Assembly (NCBI GenBank): GCA_964641405.1
Contig: CAZXLV010000003.1
Location: 1 to 32,970, forward strand
Source of the DNA: an uncultured Limnobacter sp.
Lineage (GTDB): Bacteria > Pseudomonadota > Gammaproteobacteria > Burkholderiales > Burkholderiaceae_E
Reading direction: 5' to 3'
Length of the DNA stretch: 32,970 nt
Below, in pieces: positions 28,215-32,970 of this stretch (position 1 is its first letter; each line of letters opens with the position of its first letter). The position numbers and the translations under genes are program-made. A model generated the notes under the pieces. That model did no database searches. It had not been told where the DNA came from and saw only the letters and a program-made list of their open reading frames with translations.

Positions 28215-28652
28215 ATGATTGAGGCGGTTCACATCTATACCGACGGGGCGTGCAAGGGCAATCCCGGTCCGGGCGGCTGGGGTGCGCTGCTGCGCTGGCG
28301 GGATCGGGAGCGCGAGTTGTTCGGCGGCGAAGCCAGCACCACCAACAACCGGATGGAACTGACCGCGGTCATCCGGGCGCTCGAGGCGCTCGATCGCGAA
28401 GTCGAGGTGGTGATCCACACCGACTCGCAGTACGTGCAGAAAGGCATCACCGAGTGGCTGGCCGCGTGGAAGGCGCGCGGCTGGAAGACGGCCGATCGCA
28501 AGCCGGTGAAGAACGTCGACCTGTGGTGTACGCTCGATGCGCTGGCCGGCCGGCATTCGGTGCAGTGGCGCTGGGTCAGAGGGCATTCCGGACATCCGGA
28601 AAACGAGCGCGCCGACGCGCTTGCCAACCGCGGCGTGCCGGGCGGTCGCTGA
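28215..28652 (+). CDS. rnhA: Ribonuclease HI
   Basis: [38 protein letters not shown] and [15 protein letters not shown]; ATG at 28215. Confidence 0.97.
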   Translation: MIEAVHIYTDGACKGNPGPGGWGALLRWRDRERELFGGEASTTNNRMELTAVIRALEALDREVEVVIHTDSQYVQKGITEWLAAWKARGWKTADRKPVKNVDLWCTLDALAGRHSVQWRWVRGHSGHPENERADALANRGVPGGR

Positions 28653-28710
28653 ACGCCTCGCCCGGTCCCGCGCCGGAGCCGGACTCGTATCGGACCAGGA
28701 GTATCGCAAG

Positions 28711-29448
28711 GTGAAAGCGCATCATGGGCGCCAGGTCGTGCTCGACACCGAGACGACCGGCCTGTCGCCTGAAGACGGCCATCGGATCGTGGAGATCGGC
28801 TGCGTCGAGATCGTCGATCGGCGCCTGAGCGGACGCTCGCTGCACCTGTACCTGAACCCCGAGCGCGATATCGATGACGGGGCACTGGCCGTGCACGGCC
28901 TGACGCGCGAGCGTCTCGAGAGCGAACCCCGTTTCGGCGAAGTCGCCGCACAGGTGCTCGATTTCGTGCGCGATGCCGAAGTGCTGATCCACAATGCCGC
29001 GTTCGACCTCGGTTTCCTCGATGCCGAACTCGCGCGGCTGCAGTGGCCGGGGTTTCGCACGGCAGTCGCCAATATCGTGGACACGCTGGCCCTGGCCCGC
29101 GAACTGCATCCGGGCAGGCGCAATGCGCTCGATGCACTGTGCGAACGCTATGGTGTTTCCAACGCGCACCGCACGCTGCATGGTGCGCTGCTCGACGCCG
29201 AGTTGCTCGCCGATGTCTACCTGTCGATGACGCGCGGCCAGGACAGCCTGGAGATTGCCATGGGCGAGGGCGGAGTCGCGGGCGACGTGCCCTCGGCGGG
29301 TGCGCAATGGCCGCCGACGGGGCTGTGCGTGCGCGTTGCCAGCGACGTCGAACTGGCCGCACATCGCAGTCTGCTTGCCGCCATTGAAGGCGAGGCGAAA
29401 GGCGGCGTCCTGTGGGCGAGGCTGGAATCCGCACCGTCCGGAGTCTGA
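28711..29448 (+). CDS. dnaQ: DNA polymerase III epsilon subunit (3'-5' exonuclease)
   Basis: ExoI LDTETTG, ExoII IHNAAFD, ExoIII HGALLDAELLA and MTRGQ; GTG 28711 after AGGAG. Confidence 0.96.
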   Translation: MKAHHGRQVVLDTETTGLSPEDGHRIVEIGCVEIVDRRLSGRSLHLYLNPERDIDDGALAVHGLTRERLESEPRFGEVAAQVLDFVRDAEVLIHNAAFDLGFLDAELARLQWPGFRTAVANIVDTLALARELHPGRRNALDALCERYGVSNAHRTLHGALLDAELLADVYLSMTRGQDSLEIAMGEGGVAGDVPSAGAQWPPTGLCVRVASDVELAAHRSLLAAIEGEAKGGVLWARLESAPSGV

Positions 29449-29501
29449 GGCGATTTCGTCTACACTTCATGATCGATACGATGAAGGCGATGAAGGCGAG
29501 C

Positions 29502-30704
29502 ATGAAAGAACACCGCCACGCGCGCGCGCGTGACCGCAAGAGCCACCTGTCGCCCGATGCAGACCGGCTGGTGTCCACGGCGCTCGGCCTGGCCAACTCG
29601 GGCAGCCGGATCGAGGATCGCTTCTGGGAAGCGCAATTGTCGGCGCGGCTCGACCGGATGTTCGACAGCGGCCACGTGCAGGCCGTCTACGATGCGCTCG
29701 ATCGGCTCGACCAGACCGATGGCGAGGCCTATGGCGCCCTGATCGAAGCGGTCGAGGAGTCGGCCGAGACGGTGGTGGTCGAGGCCGGCGACGAGCGCTG
29801 GGATGCCCTGCTGGTGACCGCCCCGCTGGTGGTGTGGACGCGCTTCCGGATACCGTCCGGTCCGATTGCGCCCGAGCTTGCCCAGACCCTGTCGACGCAC
29901 TGGCAGGCCCATACGCTGGCCAGTGGCACGCGCTTTCACATCGTCCCGTACCTGTACAGCATCGACCAGTTGCCGCGCGACTACGCCGAGATGCGACGGC
30001 TGACCCGGCGCGTGGCACAGGCCACGGTGGCGGGCAGCGCACCGCGCGTCGAACTGAAGTCGCTGCCCGAAACGGCCGACATGCTGGCCGACACGCGATT
30101 CCTGGTGGGCGTGGTTGCCGCGCAGGCGGGCCAGCCGCTGTTCCGCTGGCAGGAGATCGAGGCCGGCGACCATGCCGGGCGCGTGGCCTGCCTCGAACAG
30201 TGGATCGCACAGGCGCGCCCCAGCCTCGAGCCGCTCCTGCCCGGATGCGGCTTCGAGTGCCTGCTGCCCGATGCGTATCACATCAACATGCGCGAGTCCG
30301 ATCGGCGCGTGCGACCGTACTCCGTGCGCGCGGCGGTGCATTTCCTGACCCATGCACTCGATCTCGAGCCCTCGGAAATCAAGGCCACCATTGCCGGCTT
30401 CGGCCGCGAGCACCTGGACGAGTACCGAATCGGACTGAGCATCCGCGACGATGACGACGTCGCGCACGGCGTGGTGTGGCCGCTGCTGGGTGCCGAGAGC
30501 GAACAGGACGATCCGCTGCCCGTCGAGGCCTTGCGCGAAGTGCTGCGCGAGGTCGGTGTCGGCGAAGTGCGCCAGTGGCGCGAACTCAGCGAACCGGAGT
30601 TCTGCGAAGACTGCGGCGTGCCGCTGTATCCGAACGGCAAGGGCGAGATCGTTCACGCCGAGATGCCGGGCGACGTCGAACCCGAGTCGGCGCACTTCCA
30701 CTGA
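29502..30704 (+). CDS. Conserved betaproteobacterial protein of unknown function (DUF2863-like)
   Basis: LSPDADRLV..SGSRIEDRFWE, LYSIDQLP, LADTRFL, GVVWPLLG and C-terminal EFCEDCGVPLYP..HAEMP, recalled as DUF2863 (not searched). Start ambiguous among ATG 29469, 29481, 29490 and 29502. Confidence 0.72.
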   Translation: MKEHRHARARDRKSHLSPDADRLVSTALGLANSGSRIEDRFWEAQLSARLDRMFDSGHVQAVYDALDRLDQTDGEAYGALIEAVEESAETVVVEAGDERWDALLVTAPLVVWTRFRIPSGPIAPELAQTLSTHWQAHTLASGTRFHIVPYLYSIDQLPRDYAEMRRLTRRVAQATVAGSAPRVELKSLPETADMLADTRFLVGVVAAQAGQPLFRWQEIEAGDHAGRVACLEQWIAQARPSLEPLLPGCGFECLLPDAYHINMRESDRRVRPYSVRAAVHFLTHALDLEPSEIKATIAGFGREHLDEYRIGLSIRDDDDVAHGVVWPLLGAESEQDDPLPVEALREVLREVGVGEVRQWRELSEPEFCEDCGVPLYPNGKGEIVHAEMPGDVEPESAHFH

Positions 30705-30732
30705 AGGCCCCCCGCGCTTCGCGCAAGCGGTG

Positions 30733-31356
30733 TCAGTCGGGACTGCCGAGTCGCTGGCGCGCCTGCATGATGCGCTGGTCGAGGTAGGCGCCGTAGAAGT
30801 CGGGAGATGAATAGCCGACCAGGCGTTCGGCCAGTTCCTCCCCGTCTGCACCGAGAAACAGCACCGTCGGCGCAACGCGCACGCGCAGCGCTGCCGCCAG
30901 CGCCGCCGGTGAGGCAGCCCGCGAAGAGACTTGGGGCAACGGCATGTTGCGCCGCGACGCCGGTGCGGCAAGTCGATCCGCGACACCGGGCTCGGTGACG
31001 CTGAATGCGCTGTGATCGCCCAGTTCGTATTCCACGACACGCACGCCACGCCCGGCCTGCTCGCGCGCGAGGTGGATCAACTGCTCGGCGCGCACCGCCT
31101 GGCAGAACGCACAACCGGGCAGCGAGAACAGGACCACCACCACGGTGCGTTCGCGTGCGCTCTGGCGCAGCACCGCCTGGTGCGAGCGCGGTCGCTCGAG
31201 CGCCTGTTCGCCGGACGCGGCAAGCCCGGGAGAGGCCCACGCCACCGATGCAGGCAGGGCAAGCGCCAGCAGTGCGACGGCGATGCATGCCGCATCGAAG
31301 GCCTGCCTGCGGCGGCACGGACTTGGGGTAATCACGGATACCAGTGAGGGTATCAT
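30733..31356 (-). CDS. Exported thioredoxin-fold protein (SoxW/SoxS-like)
   Basis: Signal-like N-terminus (RRRQAF, then hydrophobic), VVLFSLPGCAFC (CxxC) and cis-Pro region VAPTVLFL..ERLVGY; divergent from arsR-soxC. Start is ATG 31356 or GTG 31335. Confidence 0.8.
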   Translation of the reverse strand: MIPSLVSVITPSPCRRRQAFDAACIAVALLALALPASVAWASPGLAASGEQALERPRSHQAVLRQSARERTVVVVLFSLPGCAFCQAVRAEQLIHLAREQAGRGVRVVEYELGDHSAFSVTEPGVADRLAAPASRRNMPLPQVSSRAASPAALAAALRVRVAPTVLFLGADGEELAERLVGYSSPDFYGAYLDQRIMQARQRLGSPD

Positions 31357-31367
31357 TGGAACAGTAT

Positions 31368-31383
31368 ATGAGCATTCGCTCAT
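31368..31383. promoter_or_regulatory. Inverted repeat ATGAGC-attc-GCTCAT, candidate ArsR/SmtB-family operator
   Basis: Perfect 6-4-6 palindrome with a TGA-N8-TCA core, matching the spacing of ArsR/SmtB operators; lies between the divergent thioredoxin and ArsR genes. Confidence 0.65.
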
Positions 31384-31391
31384 CCAGTCAC

Positions 31392-31433
31392 GAAGAGGGC
31401 TGCCGCAGGGAAGAGGGCTGCACGGAAGAGGGC
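31392..31433 (+). repeat. Three direct copies of GAAGAGGGC
   Basis: Exact copies at 31392-31400, 31410-31418 and 31425-31433, upstream of the ArsR RBS. Confidence 0.8.
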
Positions 31434-31458
31434 CGTAGAGGCCGGAGGGAGACATTCG

Positions 31459-31908
31459 ATGGATGAACTGGCGGACGTTTTCGAGGCGGTCTCGGGCTAT
31501 TTCGCCCTGCTGGCCGAGCCGATGCGGGTGCGCATCCTGCATGCCATCTGCCAGGGTGAAAAGTCGGTTTCGGAGATCGTGGCGGAGACCGGAGCGACAC
31601 AGACCAACATCTCGCGCCACCTCAATTCCATGTACCGCGCCGGCGCGCTGACGCGCCGCAAGGACGGCAACTTCACCTACTATGGCGTGCGCGACCGGGC
31701 ACTGACCGAGATCTGCCGCACCGTGTGCGTGCACATCTCGGCGCGCGCCGAAGCCATCGCCAGCGGCCGCTCGGAGATCATGGAACTGGCGCGCGATCTT
31801 CAGCCATCGGCAAGCGTCGCTGCCGCCGCCATGCCGCGAATCCCGGTGCCCGGAGCAGGCGCGGCCATTCGCGAGGCCGCGCCACGTGGCCGGGGAGCGC
31901 GCCGATGA
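31459..31908 (+). CDS. ArsR/SmtB-family transcriptional regulator (sox-associated, BigR/SqrR-like)
   Basis: FALLAEPMRVRILHAIC..EKSVSEIV..TQTNISRHL..RRKDGNFTYY winged HTH; GGAGG RBS; stop overlaps the soxC ATG. Confidence 0.92.
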   Translation: MDELADVFEAVSGYFALLAEPMRVRILHAICQGEKSVSEIVAETGATQTNISRHLNSMYRAGALTRRKDGNFTYYGVRDRALTEICRTVCVHISARAEAIASGRSEIMELARDLQPSASVAAAAMPRIPVPGAGAAIREAAPRGRGARR

Positions 31909-32970
31909 ACGCCCCGATGCGGATCCCGGGGCGCGTCCGCAAGGCGCCCGAAGACATGCTGGCGCCCGCGCAGCTGGCCCTGGCGCAGCACGCGCGTCGC
32001 CAGTTCATGGGCAAGGCGCTCGCCATGGGCGCGGGGGTGGCGAGCGCCGGTGCCGCAGCGGCACGTGCCGGTAGTGCCGATCGCGGCGCAAGCGCGCCGC
32101 GCGAGGCGCCCGGTGTGGCGGGAGCGGGCGAGGACGCCATCCTGAAATTGCCCGCGCACACGACCGGGCTCGGACAACCGGTGGCGGCGCGTGGCTACGG
32201 GCTGCCCTCGAAGTGGGAGGCCAACCTGCAACGACGCGAGAGTCCCGGACTCACGCGCGTGTCGGCGTCTTCGGTCAGCTTCGCGCCGCTGCAAGGCATG
32301 TTCGGCATCATCACGCCCAATGGCTTGCACTTCGAGCGCCACCACCAGGGCTGGTGGGACATCGATCCGAGCCAGCACCGCCTGATGGTCAATGGACTGG
32401 TGCGCCAGGCGCGCGTGTTCACCATGGATGACCTGATGCGCCTGCCCGCGGTGTCGCGCATCCACTTCATCGAGTGCGGCGCCAACACCGGCATGGAATG
32501 GGGCAACGTGGCCGTGCCGACGGTGCAGTACACGCACGGCATGCTGTCTTGTTGCGAATTCACCGGAGTGGCGCTGTCGACCCTGCTCGACCTGTGCGGC
32601 CTCGATCGGGAAAACGGCCGCTATGTGCTGGCCGAGGGCGCCGATGGTTCCTCGATGACGCGCACCGTCTCGATGGAACGCGCCCTCGACGACGTGATCG
32701 TTGCCTGGGGCATGAACGGCGAAATGCTGCGTCCGGAAAATGGCTACCCGCTGCGCCTGGTGGTGCCCGGGGTGCAGGGGGTGTCGTGGGTCAAGTACCT
32801 GCGTCGCATCGAGGTCGGCGACCGGCCCTGGTTCACGAAGGACGAGACGGTCCATTACGTCGACCTGATGCCCGACGGCCTGCACCGCCAGTTCACTTCC
32901 ATCCAGGAGGTGAAATCGGTGATCACCACGCCCTCGGGCGGCCAGGTGCTGCTCGACAAGGGGTACTACA
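31905..32970 (+). CDS. soxC: Sulfane/sulfite dehydrogenase molybdopterin subunit SoxC (3'-truncated; absent from the ORF track)
   Basis: Manual translation from ATG 31905 is open to the window end: Tat signal ARRQFM, GIITPNGLHFERHH, Mo-ligand HFIECGAN, HGMLSCCEFTGV, AEGADG and NGEMLRPENGYPLRLVVPGVQGVSWVKYLRRIEV. Confidence 0.93.
   Translation, partial: MNAPMRIPGRVRKAPEDMLAPAQLALAQHARRQFMGKALAMGAGVASAGAAAARAGSADRGASAPREAPGVAGAGEDAILKLPAHTTGLGQPVAARGYGLPSKWEANLQRRESPGLTRVSASSVSFAPLQGMFGIITPNGLHFERHHQGWWDIDPSQHRLMVNGLVRQARVFTMDDLMRLPAVSRIHFIECGANTGMEWGNVAVPTVQYTHGMLSCCEFTGVALSTLLDLCGLDRENGRYVLAEGADGSSMTRTVSMERALDDVIVAWGMNGEMLRPENGYPLRLVVPGVQGVSWVKYLRRIEVGDRPWFTKDETVHYVDLMPDGLHRQFTSIQEVKSVITTPSGGQVLLDKGYY

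Noticed and set aside
30705-30732. Hairpin CGCTT-cgcgc-AAGCG between the DUF2863-like and thioredoxin genes
   Set aside because: Short stem and no U-run on either strand; too weak to call a terminator.
1-32970. CRISPR arrays, tRNA/rRNA genes, IS elements, integrases or prophage genes
   Set aside because: No regularly spaced repeats, RNA gene signatures, transposase/integrase motifs or composition shifts were seen; intergenic gaps are nearly all too short to hold them.

Overview
GC-rich, gene-dense bacterial chromosome segment; gene content and order point to a Betaproteobacterium (Burkholderiales-like; inferred from protein families and synteny, not from a search). From left to right it holds: a type II secretion operon (gspG[partial]-H-I-J-K-L-M-N-D-E-F) with an MFS transporter appended; a convergent minus-strand operon fabI-selD-ABC ATPase-FtsX/MacB-type permease-Tat-exported AttH/CrtC-like protein; a yejABEF-type peptide ABC importer; mltD; a yafS-like methyltransferase; cfa; rnhA; dnaQ; a DUF2863-like gene; and the start of a Sox sulfur-oxidation locus (SoxW-like thioredoxin, ArsR-type regulator with a candidate operator, soxC running off the end). 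No tRNA/rRNA, CRISPR array or mobile element was seen. The main leads are the selD-AttEFGH-like coupling, with an in-frame UGA and competing hairpins at the junction (speculative), a structured intergenic region where gloB usually lies, and the regulatory architecture upstream of the sox genes.
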